From Candidatus Bathyarchaeota archaeon (GTDB lineage Archaea > Thermoproteota > Bathyarchaeia > TCS64): a stretch of DNA of 64,000 nt. Location: NCBI GenBank assembly GCA_963771885.1, contig CAVYVF010000022.1, positions 1 through 64,000 of the forward strand, in the 5' to 3' direction. Both the position numbers and the translations under genes were made by a program. The first letter of the stretch is position 1; every line of letters begins with the position of its first letter. Below the pieces are notes generated by a model, which was not told the DNA's origin, made no database searches, and saw only the letters and a program-made list of their open reading frames with translations. Shown piece after piece: positions 8,921 through 18,104 of the stretch.

Positions 8921-10561
8921 TTACGAGGCGGAGTAGACGATGCTTCCGCCAACGATCGTCGTCAGGACCTTGACATCCTTAATCTCCTCCGGAGGAATCG
9001 TGAGAACGTCCCTGTCCAACACTATCATGTCGGCGAGTTTACCTGCCTCGATGCTCCCCTTAATCGCCTCCTCCTTCGAGAGGTAGGCGCCGTTTACCGT
9101 GTAGACCCTGATAGCGTCCATGACGCTTAACGCCTCCTCGGGGCAGACAACCTGCCCGCTACTACTCTTACGAGTTACAGCCGTATACATCTGCACCCAG
9201 GGACTGTAGAAGGTCACGGGACAGTCACTGTTCCCGCCGGCGATAATACCCATCTCCTTCATCGTCTTATGAGGGTGAAGCCACCGAACTCTCTCAACAC
9301 CAAAGTTCTCCGCGTACTGGTCGCCGAGTCCGAACATGTAACCTATACTGCTCGACGGGACGACGCCCAGCTTCTTCATCCTCTTAAGCTGCTTCGGGGT
9401 ACAGCAGCTATTGTGCTCGATGCGGTGGCGCATGTCCTTCACAGGCTTCGCCTTCTGCGCCTTCTCGATGCAGTTGAGCGCGATATCGACCCCCCTGTCC
9501 CCAATGCTGTGGATGCTGACCCTGAGACCAGCCAAATGGGCGCGCATCACAATCTTCTCCATCTCCTCCTCCGGCGTCGCCATCAGACCGAGACCTTTTG
9601 GCCCCCTGTGCTGGGGGGTATAGACACCGCTCGTCCCACCCGCGCCCGACCCGTCCCCCATGATCTTGAGAGACATCACACGAAGCCACTCGTCTCCGAA
9701 GCCACTCTCAATGCCCAGCGAAACCATCGAGTCTAGCAAATTCTCGTCGCCAGCGCGCCAGGGCTTTATACTCACCATGAGGCTAACCCTAACCCGCTTA
9801 ACACCCTCAGCAAGAAGCTGCTGATAACCGTGTATCCCAAGCATCTGAGCACTAGCATCGTGCGTCGAGGTTATACCCCACTCAGAGAACTGCCCCCAGA
9901 GCTGCCTGAGACCCTCCCGGACCTGCTCAACTGTGTACTGGGGCACCTTATCGGCGACAAGCTTCGAAGCAGTCTCATAAAGGAGACCTGTTAGCTCACC
10001 CTTCGCGTCCCTGTCGATCTGCCCACCAGCGGGATCGGCGGTAGACTTCGTTATCCCCGCGATCTCCAAAGCCTTCGAGTTGGCGATCGCCTGGTGCCCA
10101 GTATCCGAAACGATGTAGACAGGGTTCTTAGGCGCCGCTTCGTCGAGCTCCCATCGCGTTATCTGGCGCCTCTCAGCGAGCTTCGAGTCGTTGTAACCGC
10201 TCCCCCGAATCCACTCACTTGGCCCGACCCCCTTCGCCTTCTTGGCTACCGCAGCTTGAATATCCTTGATCCCCTTGATCCCTTTGCCCCTGCAGTCGAT
10301 CTCGAGAAAGTTCATCGCAGCATTATGCGGGTGGGTATGAGAGTCGATGATACCTGGGAGAACCGTCTGCCCCTTAAGGTCGATTACCTTCGCGCCCTTG
10401 CCGGCGAACTTTTTAACATTGACGCTTGAACCCGTCGTCACAATACGGTCACCCCTAACAGCTACCGCTTCGACAATCGAGTCACTCGCGTCCATTGTCA
10501 CAATCTTACCGTTGAGGAGCAGAAGATCCGCCCCACAAACATCCTTCAAATCAGAACTCAC
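8921..10561 (-). CDS. Amidohydrolase 3 family (YtcJ-like) metal-dependent hydrolase
   Basis: PGIIDSHTH, KIMGDG, HSIGDRG, RHRIEH, GNSDCP, GSIEAGKLAD. Confidence 0.92.
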   Translation of the reverse strand: MSSDLKDVCGADLLLLNGKIVTMDASDSIVEAVAVRGDRIVTTGSSVNVKKFAGKGAKVIDLKGQTVLPGIIDSHTHPHNAAMNFLEIDCRGKGIKGIKDIQAAVAKKAKGVGPSEWIRGSGYNDSKLAERRQITRWELDEAAPKNPVYIVSDTGHQAIANSKALEIAGITKSTADPAGGQIDRDAKGELTGLLYETASKLVADKVPQYTVEQVREGLRQLWGQFSEWGITSTHDASAQMLGIHGYQQLLAEGVKRVRVSLMVSIKPWRAGDENLLDSMVSLGIESGFGDEWLRVMSLKIMGDGSGAGGTSGVYTPQHRGPKGLGLMATPEEEMEKIVMRAHLAGLRVSIHSIGDRGVDIALNCIEKAQKAKPVKDMRHRIEHNSCCTPKQLKRMKKLGVVPSSSIGYMFGLGDQYAENFGVERVRWLHPHKTMKEMGIIAGGNSDCPVTFYSPWVQMYTAVTRKSSSGQVVCPEEALSVMDAIRVYTVNGAYLSKEEAIKGSIEAGKLADMIVLDRDVLTIPPEEIKDVKVLTTIVGGSIVYSAS

Positions 10562-10650
10562 GGCAGAAAGGAGCCACGACGGGATAAAAGACCATCCGCC
10601 CCGCCGAGAAGACTATATAACCGACGTTTACTGACTCACAACCGATTGAC

Positions 10651-10794
10651 ATGGCCAAGGACCCAATCTGTGGAATGATGGTGGATGAGAAGACGGCGAA
10701 GTGGACCAGCGACTTCAACGGCAAAAAATACTACTTCTGCAACGAAAAGTGCAAGCTCACCTTTGAGAAAAATCCAAAGCGGTTCGCCAAGTAA
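10651..10794 (+). CDS. YHS/TRASH-domain small protein (47 aa, not in the ORF track)
   Basis: MAKDPICGMMVDEKTAKWTSDFNGKKYYFCNEKCKLTFEKNPKRFAK. Confidence 0.9.
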   Translation: MAKDPICGMMVDEKTAKWTSDFNGKKYYFCNEKCKLTFEKNPKRFAK

Positions 10795-10797
10795 TAG

Positions 10798-12000
10798 CTA
10801 CGGCTTAGCGATCTCCTCAACCGCTGACACAAGTTTTTCGATCTCATCCAAAGTGTTGTAGAGGTAGGACGAGGCACGTACATTCCCCTCATTCAAGTCA
10901 AATAGCTCCTTCATCAGGGGTAAGGCACAATGATGCCCAGAGCGAACCGCGATTGAGTACTCAGTATCAAGCGTCAACGCCACATCAACGGGATTCAAGT
11001 CCCTAACGTTGAACGTGACAAGCCCGACGCGCTTCTTCGGGTCATTAGGACCGTAGATTGTGACACCATCGATCTCAGAGAGCCCCTCAACGAGCTTCTC
11101 CGCGAGCTTGTGGTCCCATTGAGTCACTTCATCCATACCGATGTGATTAAGATACTTGCAGGCTTCTCCGAGTCCTATCACCTGAGCGATCGCGGGAGTT
11201 CCAGCCTCGAACCTTAGCGGCGGCACCGTCAGCGTATAGCTGTCAACGTTGACGTCAGCTATCGTGCCACCGCCGATGCAGAGAGGCTCGGTTGTGTAGA
11301 GGTCCTCGTTACCGACGTAAAGCCCACCGACGCCCGTGGGACCGAGCATCTTATGCCCGGAGAAGGCGAGAAAGTCGATTCCATCCCTCTTCACATCCGT
11401 TTTCAAGTGAGGGACACTTTGAGCGCCATCGACTAGCATCTTCGCACCATGCTCGTGGGCTATCTCCGCAATCTCCTTCACGGGCACGATGACGCCGAGC
11501 ACGTTACTGACAGCGGTCACCGCGACGATGCGAGTCTTATCATCGATCGCCTTCTCAAAGTCGCCGAGGTCGAATACCCCCTGGGGATTAGACCTCACGA
11601 CATCGACTGTGCACCCATGCCTGTTCCCAACGCGCAGCCACGTGATATAATTCGAGTGATGCTCGATGATTGTGGTAACGATCTTGTCACCCCTCTTCCA
11701 ATCGAGGCTGCTGGCGACGAGGTTGATACCCTCAGTCGTGTTCCTGAGCATCGCGACGTTCTCAGGACCCGAGGCACCTATGAAGCGCGCCACTTCCTCG
11801 TGTGCCCCCTCGTACTCGGCGCTCGCCTGCTGACTCCACCTATGTACGCCCCGCTCCACGTTGGCACGGTAACCTCGGTAGAACTCCATCTCCTTCAGTA
11901 CGACCTGCTCGGGTGTGAGGCTGCTCGCAGCGCTGTCAAGGTAAGTCACACCCTGATTCAATATGGGAAAGTCACGGCGGATGGAGTCGACATCTATCAA
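10798..12000 (-). CDS. sufS: Cysteine desulfurase, SufS type
   Basis: YLDSAAS, DGAQSVPH, FSGHKMLGPTG, EAGTP, RSGHHCA. Confidence 0.92.
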   Translation of the reverse strand: MIDVDSIRRDFPILNQGVTYLDSAASSLTPEQVVLKEMEFYRGYRANVERGVHRWSQQASAEYEGAHEEVARFIGASGPENVAMLRNTTEGINLVASSLDWKRGDKIVTTIIEHHSNYITWLRVGNRHGCTVDVVRSNPQGVFDLGDFEKAIDDKTRIVAVTAVSNVLGVIVPVKEIAEIAHEHGAKMLVDGAQSVPHLKTDVKRDGIDFLAFSGHKMLGPTGVGGLYVGNEDLYTTEPLCIGGGTIADVNVDSYTLTVPPLRFEAGTPAIAQVIGLGEACKYLNHIGMDEVTQWDHKLAEKLVEGLSEIDGVTIYGPNDPKKRVGLVTFNVRDLNPVDVALTLDTEYSIAVRSGHHCALPLMKELFDLNEGNVRASSYLYNTLDEIEKLVSAVEEIAKP

Positions 12001-12051
12001 GGTCGGGTCTGGGGATAGTGTGAAAGCGACCCGTTTAAAACATTTCAGTGA

Positions 12052-13875
12052 CTAGGGGACCGTGACACTTTTCGCCAGGTTCCTAGGCATATCCGGGTCG
12101 AGGCCCTTGAGAACCGCAATCTCGTAAGCAAGTAGCTGCAATGGCACAACATAGGGTATAGGCGATAATAGCTCGGGTATACCCTTGGGCATCTCGATGA
12201 AGTCGTCGGAAAGCTCCTTAACGTGCGTGTCCCCCTCCTCGCATATGGAAATGATCTTCGCACCCCTTGCCTTCATCTCCATAATGCTCCCAATTACATC
12301 GGCGTGGGTCCTACCACGGGGACATACGAAGACGCAGGAGGTGTCCTGCTCAACTATACTGATGGGGCCATGTTTGCTCTCCCCCGCCGGATAGGCGAGT
12401 GAGGGAATATAGGTTATCTCCAACAGTTTGAGCCTCCCCTCCATAGCCGTCGCGGAACTGATACCCCGCCCCAGGAAGAGGAATAGACGGGAATCCACCT
12501 CCCGCCCAGCGATCTCCTTCACCTTATCGATTGTGTTCTTCAACACGCTTTCGACCAAACCGGGTATCTTGTGGAGGTTCTCATCGTACTCGTCGAGCTC
12601 GTCCTGAGATAACTTGCCTCTGAGCTTAGCCAGACGCATCGCCATCTGTGTGAGCACGAGCACCTGACTCGTAAAGGTCTTCGTAGCAGCGACACCGATC
12701 TCGGGGCCAGACTGCTGTATGACATATGCTCGTGCGACTCGCGTCAGTGTTGAACCGACGGTATTCGTCAACCCGAGGACGGTGGCAGCCCTCATACGGG
12801 CGTGGTCAACAGCATTCAGCGTATCATAGGTCTCACCCGACTGACTCACCGCAAGGACAATAGAGTCAATCCCAACGGTTGAGCCATAACGCTCTACGAA
12901 CTCTGAGGAAACAACGGGATAAGTCGTGAGGCGTGCTATCTGACTAAAAATGTAGGAACCGGCAATGCATGAGTGCTGTGAAGTCCCCGCGCTGACGAGG
13001 AAGACCTCCTTACCCCTGTCGAGGAACATCGTGAGAAGGTCGACGTACTTATCCTGAAGCCTGAGTCCATTCGCGAGGCTCGTCGGCTGCTCGTATATCT
13101 CCTTGAGCATAAAGTGGGGGTAATCCTGCTTCTGCGCCATCTCTAACGTCCACGTGATCTCCTCAGGCATCCTCTCGATAGCTGAGCCGTCTGATACCTT
13201 CTGTATCTTGTAGCCGTCGACATCTAAAGTCGCCATCTCCCCGTTATGGAGGTAGACGACCTGGTTCGTGTATGGTCTGATGGCGGGGGCGTCGGAGGCA
13301 CAGAATGTGCCATCTTTAGAAACACCGAGGACAAGAGGGCTCTCCTGGCGGGCACAAACTATCTTGTCAGGCTCGATGCTTGACAGAACGACGACCGCGT
13401 AAGATCCATTGAGTCGCCTGAGGGACCTAATCGTCGCCTCAGCAAGTCCAACGTCGTTCTTCATCTCCTCGTCGATAAGGTGAGGGATAACCTCTGTGTC
13501 CGTCTTGGACACGAAGCTATGCCCCTTGTCGAGGAGCTCCTGCTTGAGCTCCATGAAGTTCTCGATGACGCCGTTATGGATGACGGCGATCCTGCCCTTT
13601 GAGTCGGTGTGGGGGTGCGCATTTATCATGTTTGGGGCGCCGTGTGTCGCCCAGCGCGTATGCCCCATACCGACTTTACCCTTCATCTCCGAGATATGGA
13701 GGCGATCAGCTACCTCCTTGATCTTACCGGCGTCCTTTCGGACCTGTAGAACTCCATTATCGATCGTAGCGACGCCTGTTGAGTCGTATCCCCTGTACTC
13801 AAGCCTGCCTAACCCGTCGAGTATCATGGGAGCAACATTACCCTTGCGAAGCACTGTACCGAAAATTCCGCACAT
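12052..13875 (-). CDS. glmS: Glutamine--fructose-6-phosphate aminotransferase
   Basis: MCGIFG, EYRGYDS, GHTRWATHG, SQSGET, PRNLAKSVT. Confidence 0.97.
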   Translation of the reverse strand: MCGIFGTVLRKGNVAPMILDGLGRLEYRGYDSTGVATIDNGVLQVRKDAGKIKEVADRLHISEMKGKVGMGHTRWATHGAPNMINAHPHTDSKGRIAVIHNGVIENFMELKQELLDKGHSFVSKTDTEVIPHLIDEEMKNDVGLAEATIRSLRRLNGSYAVVVLSSIEPDKIVCARQESPLVLGVSKDGTFCASDAPAIRPYTNQVVYLHNGEMATLDVDGYKIQKVSDGSAIERMPEEITWTLEMAQKQDYPHFMLKEIYEQPTSLANGLRLQDKYVDLLTMFLDRGKEVFLVSAGTSQHSCIAGSYIFSQIARLTTYPVVSSEFVERYGSTVGIDSIVLAVSQSGETYDTLNAVDHARMRAATVLGLTNTVGSTLTRVARAYVIQQSGPEIGVAATKTFTSQVLVLTQMAMRLAKLRGKLSQDELDEYDENLHKIPGLVESVLKNTIDKVKEIAGREVDSRLFLFLGRGISSATAMEGRLKLLEITYIPSLAYPAGESKHGPISIVEQDTSCVFVCPRGRTHADVIGSIMEMKARGAKIISICEEGDTHVKELSDDFIEMPKGIPELLSPIPYVVPLQLLAYEIAVLKGLDPDMPRNLAKSVTVP

Positions 13876-14021
13876 TATGTATTATTGATAAACGGGGGCT
13901 TTTATCTTATGATGCTTGAATTGGCATATATTCGGGGTATAACTCCATAAATTTTCGCATCGTTGTGTTTTGGGTCAAAACCTTTTAGTAAATATCCGAG
14001 GCTCAGACAACTAGGCTAAAT

Positions 14022-14211
14022 TTGGTTAGGTTCTCCGTCATGATGCCAGTTCATTACTAGCAGGATAACCTAAGATACAGCCTATCGGGGCGTGACGGTT
14101 TACCAGATAACACACAAGTCGCTGCCCTCTGTGTTCATCTCGAGCGTCATCTACCTCATTCCGATGATGCTCAAGGGATACTTGAACGCCTATGAAGAAG
14201 CGAGGCGCTAG
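14022..14211 (+). pseudogene. Collapsed remnant of a GT2 glycosyltransferase gene
   Basis: MVRFSVMMPVHY*QDNLRYSL resembles a GT2 N-terminus (SVxxPxxNE); a second frame gives a hydrophobic C-terminal tail ending at TAG 14209-14211. Confidence 0.45.
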
Positions 14212-15170
14212 ATCTGCAGGATCGCCTCAGCGGCATTCTTACGACCATTCTCAAATTGGGGGCGCTTCTGCAGCCCTGCGCTAGATATTAGTGTGGCTAG
14301 AGTGTGTGAATCAACGTGATCGATGAAAGGCGCGCCGACCTTGGCGGCGAGCACGAGCATATCTCCCATATCAGCCGTCCGAGTAAGCTCAGAGTTAAAG
14401 ACGATTATAACCGGCTTCCCATATAGGACCGCCTCGAAGATAGTGCCTCCGCCCTGGTGGGTGATGACTAGGGAGGATTCAGCTACGAGCTTCTCAAACT
14501 CTGTTGAGTAGTCGATGACCGTCCACCCGGGATGCCTCTCCCGGTAAGACTCCTGGCTGACCTTACCCGTCTGGAGAACAACCTTAGCTAGGTCAATTTC
14601 GGCAACGGCATCGAAGAGACCTTTATGCCCCTCCGTACCACCCGTAACGAGGATATAGCCCAGGTCTTTCGCCTCGTATCGTTTCTCGGGAAAAATGGGA
14701 CCCGTCACAACCCCCTTCAGGTTCTTCGCCTGCTCCTCCCACTGCAGTAGAGTCTTCTCCGAAAAGTGGGTGAGCAAGCGCGCGGTCTTCGAGGGCTTCG
14801 TTATCGCGACTCGGCTCTCGATGTTCACGACTGGGATCCCTTTCAGCCACGCGACAACCGCAGGAGGTATGCAGAAGTTGCTCCCCGTGGACACGACGAC
14901 GTTGTATTCCCGGCGGATGAGCGGCAGAGTATGCCAGAACGCCGAGAGGAAGCGGAAGGGGAAGAGAAGATTGGAAGTCTTCGGGTACCTCCCCTTGATC
15001 AGCTCCTCGACGGAGCCGAATGGCGAGAGCAGCTCCCTGCTCAGCTCGTCCCCCTCCGGAATAAGGAAGAAGGTCTCAGCCTTACCCTTCAGCGCCTGGC
15101 TGAGGGCAAGAGCAATACTCGTGTGCCCTCCGCCGCCCGCGAGTATGAGGACCTTCTTCATCACAGGCAC
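14208..15170 (-). CDS. GT28 Alg14/Alg13-like fused UDP-GlcNAc transferase (Agl24-like)
   Basis: AGGGGH, VSTGSN, NIESR, LLQWEEQ, LVTGGTEG, VLQTG, ITHQGGGT. Confidence 0.85.
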   Translation of the reverse strand: MPVMKKVLILAGGGGHTSIALALSQALKGKAETFFLIPEGDELSRELLSPFGSVEELIKGRYPKTSNLLFPFRFLSAFWHTLPLIRREYNVVVSTGSNFCIPPAVVAWLKGIPVVNIESRVAITKPSKTARLLTHFSEKTLLQWEEQAKNLKGVVTGPIFPEKRYEAKDLGYILVTGGTEGHKGLFDAVAEIDLAKVVLQTGKVSQESYRERHPGWTVIDYSTEFEKLVAESSLVITHQGGGTIFEAVLYGKPVIIVFNSELTRTADMGDMLVLAAKVGAPFIDHVDSHTLATLISSAGLQKRPQFENGRKNAAEAILQI

Positions 15171-16217
15171 CTAGATGAAACGAATCAACGCGAAGGCGAC
15201 GCCGCAGACGACGACCTCTAGGATAATGAGGATCGTCGTCACCTGTTTCTCTGTGAACCTACCCGACCTCATAACCACGTGAGTGAGTGACCTCACCTTC
15301 TCCTCGCGTGGCTTCACCGCGCCGTCCTCTTGAAGGATACCATAATTCTCCGCCTTGAAGCCTGAGAACGCCTTGAGAACAGCCTCGATAATCCAGGGCA
15401 TGAAGCAAAGTATAGCGAACTTCTCCATGTTACCCAGTACTGTGACACAGGCGGCGACGGCACCAATTGTGTAGTTGAGATCACCGGGGAAGACCTTAGC
15501 GGGGTACCAATTATATCTAAGGAAAGATACGAGGGCGGCGGCGAAAGCGAGGGCGATGACGGCAGCAGCTAAATGGTTGGTCGCGAGGGCGAAGACGCCG
15601 AGCGACGCATGCAAAACAATCCCCATCCCAGCCTCCAACCCGTTGAACCCCGCGAAGAAGTTCGTAGCGTTCGAGCAGCATAGGACGGCAAGTGGGACGA
15701 GAATGAGCGGGTATATCATGCCCAGCTGAACCCGCCCAACGAAGGGAAACACCATCGAAGTGATACCCGCGTTGACTGCCATAAGCGGTACCGCCGCGGG
15801 AAGGGGTATGAAGAAGTATAACCAGGGGGGTATACCCTTCCTCTTCATACTTTCAAATATCCCCTTCCCCTCCCTCCTCTTCATCAGGGAAGTAAGAACA
15901 TCGAATATCCCGATTATCGTGATTAAGAGTATAGTATTAAGGGAGGCGAGAATGTTGACGAGGTCGCCTGTGTTATTAAGGGCGAAGACCTCGAAGCCAA
16001 TGAAGAAAAAGACGCCGAGGACGAACCCAATTATCACGCCGGGTCCCCCCATGTCCGCTATCGGTTTACCAGACTTCTTCATTATGTCCCTCCCGACTAT
16101 GCCGGCGGCGACCATAAAGCGGTTGAAGACAGGTATGACGAGATACGAGGCGGCAAAGGAGAGCGCGACAGCGGCGACTAGTGGGAGAGGGACGTCCACC
16201 ATAACTAAGGGTATCAT
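15171..16217 (-). CDS. aglH: UDP-GlcNAc:dolichyl-phosphate GlcNAc-1-P transferase (AglH/DPAGT1 family)
   Basis: GRDIMK, MGG, NATNFFAGFNGLEAG, YNWYPAKVFPGD, GNMEK, SLTH; polytopic membrane protein. Confidence 0.8.
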   Translation of the reverse strand: MIPLVMVDVPLPLVAAVALSFAASYLVIPVFNRFMVAAGIVGRDIMKKSGKPIADMGGPGVIIGFVLGVFFFIGFEVFALNNTGDLVNILASLNTILLITIIGIFDVLTSLMKRREGKGIFESMKRKGIPPWLYFFIPLPAAVPLMAVNAGITSMVFPFVGRVQLGMIYPLILVPLAVLCCSNATNFFAGFNGLEAGMGIVLHASLGVFALATNHLAAAVIALAFAAALVSFLRYNWYPAKVFPGDLNYTIGAVAACVTVLGNMEKFAILCFMPWIIEAVLKAFSGFKAENYGILQEDGAVKPREEKVRSLTHVVMRSGRFTEKQVTTILIILEVVVCGVAFALIRFI

Positions 16218-16283
16218 GACGCGTCGATTTATCACTATCCTGCACAGGATACGTTTATCACGCATCGGCGGTGTGCCTCATAC

Positions 16284-17870
16284 GTGAAGGCTCTGATTGT
16301 GGACGCCCTCGCCTCGGGCAAAGGGGAAAGGAAGGCAACGAGGGATGCAATAGGCGCGGGTCCAAGAGCCATCGCAAGCATCCTCGAATCGAAGGGGGTC
16401 GAAGCCGTGATCACGGAGGCTGAGACCATCCTGACGGAGGGCTACCCAGCTAGTTTCGATATCCTCCTACTTAGCGGAATGACCGGCGACATACCGGCGA
16501 TCCGCAAACTCGCTTCACACTGGAAGGGCGGTGTCAAGCTGATCGGCGGCCCCGTAACCTCAGACCCCAAGCAGGCTCTCACAAAGACCGGCTGCGACGT
16601 CGCAGTCGTCGGTGAGGGTGAGGAAACTCTCACGGAGCTTCTCGAAGCGGGACTTTCAAATGGCAAGTTACCAAATTTCGATGCGCTAGAGGCAATCAGA
16701 GGGCTAGCCTTCAGGCGAGGAGACGAAGTTGTGATGACGCCTCTACGCAGGGTGATGCCCAGGAGTGTATTCGACGGATACAAGCCATCAACATCGACAA
16801 TCAAAGGATACAAGCTCTTCCGATCCGCCAGGGTCTACGTCGAGGTACTCAGAGGCTGCAGCAACTATCACAGGGCGCTCGTCGGAGGGAGCTGCGAATC
16901 CTGCGGAGTCTGCAGAAAAGGGAGCCTCATAGATAGATATGACTGCCCCCTAGGCACTCCACCAGGCTGCGGCTACTGCTCTGTACCGAGTCTCTATGGA
17001 CCGCCGAAGAGCCGCTCGGCGAAGGCGATTGTCGAAGAGGTAATCGCCCTACTCGGGCAGGGCGTGAGCAGGATGGTACTCAGCGCCCCATGCTTCCTCG
17101 ACTACGGACGGGACCTGCTCGTCGAGCCTGAGCCACTTACGGACCCGAGAAGCCCTGAGCCTAACTATAAAGAGATCGAGAAGCTACTCTCATCGCTCGC
17201 CGAAATACCCCGAATACTTGATGGAACAGCGGCGGTCATGCTCGAGAACTTAAAGGCGTCACTAGTCACAGAGAAGGCGGCGACACTCCTAGGCAAGTAT
17301 CTATCTGGCACACCAGTGAGCATTGGTTTCGAGACAGGCTCAGCGTCTCACAGCGAGTTGATGGGGCGACCCTCTACTCCAAAGGAAACACTCAGGGCTG
17401 TTGGTCGGCTACATAAGGCGGGCTTGAAACCCTATGTCTACTTCATCCACGGGCTACCCGGCCAGAGTGATGAGACAGTCGAGGAAACGGTTACAGCGAT
17501 TGACGCAAGCATGAGAGAGGGTGCCGAGAGGGTGATCCTCTACAGGTTCCAGTCCCTACCAATGTCCGCCTTCAGCGATTACCCCTCGGCACCCCCGAAC
17601 ATAAGCGATCCAGGGAGCCGCAAGATACACCACGCCGCAGCAAGGGCAAATACGAAGGCAAAAGAGAACCTGCTCGGCAAGAAGCTGCGAGTCGTCGTCG
17701 CTGAGAGGTACGACAGGGACCGGCGGATGCTCGTCGCCTACCCCCTTAAGCATGGGCCAGTCGTGCTAATCGAGTCTCCGGAGCCCTGGGAGGGCAGGAT
17801 TCTTGATGTAGAGGTGAGTGGAGTCGCCTCGGAGAGGATTATCCGTGGAGTGCCAGTCGCTATGTTTTAA
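16284..17870 (+). CDS. B12-binding-domain radical SAM protein with TRAM-like C-terminus
   Basis: IGGP, VVGEGEETL, EVLRGC...GCGYC, IGFETGS, FIHGLPGQ. Confidence 0.85.
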   Translation: MKALIVDALASGKGERKATRDAIGAGPRAIASILESKGVEAVITEAETILTEGYPASFDILLLSGMTGDIPAIRKLASHWKGGVKLIGGPVTSDPKQALTKTGCDVAVVGEGEETLTELLEAGLSNGKLPNFDALEAIRGLAFRRGDEVVMTPLRRVMPRSVFDGYKPSTSTIKGYKLFRSARVYVEVLRGCSNYHRALVGGSCESCGVCRKGSLIDRYDCPLGTPPGCGYCSVPSLYGPPKSRSAKAIVEEVIALLGQGVSRMVLSAPCFLDYGRDLLVEPEPLTDPRSPEPNYKEIEKLLSSLAEIPRILDGTAAVMLENLKASLVTEKAATLLGKYLSGTPVSIGFETGSASHSELMGRPSTPKETLRAVGRLHKAGLKPYVYFIHGLPGQSDETVEETVTAIDASMREGAERVILYRFQSLPMSAFSDYPSAPPNISDPGSRKIHHAAARANTKAKENLLGKKLRVVVAERYDRDRRMLVAYPLKHGPVVLIESPEPWEGRILDVEVSGVASERIIRGVPVAMF

Positions 17871-17898
17871 TGGGACCTGATCGAGTGCTTAATGCTGG

Positions 17899-18099
17899 TT
17901 GAACCTCTTGTCCGTCGATGAGCCCAAGAAGGAGCAGAAGGCGCCCGCAGAGGGACCCGTCTACGAGTGCGTCCAATGCGGCAGGCGCGTCAGTTACGAG
18001 GACCTGGAGAAGTACATCAGCTTCAGGTGCCCATACTGCGGCTACAGGATCTTCAGAAAGGTCCGCGCCCCGATAGTGAAGAGGGTCAAGGCGAGGTAG
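17899..18099 (+). CDS. rpo12: RNA polymerase subunit Rpo12 (P)
   Basis: YECVQCG...RCPYCGYRIFRKVR...KRVKAR. Confidence 0.92.
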   Translation: MNLLSVDEPKKEQKAPAEGPVYECVQCGRRVSYEDLEKYISFRCPYCGYRIFRKVRAPIVKRVKAR

Positions 18100-18104
18100 A
18101 CACT

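Noticed and set aside
13876..14211. glmS ribozyme upstream of glmS (AGCGCC occurs on the - strand near 14205)
   Set aside because: The following core (GACGAGG and the P2.1/P2.2 elements) is absent; the region is better explained as a GT2 remnant
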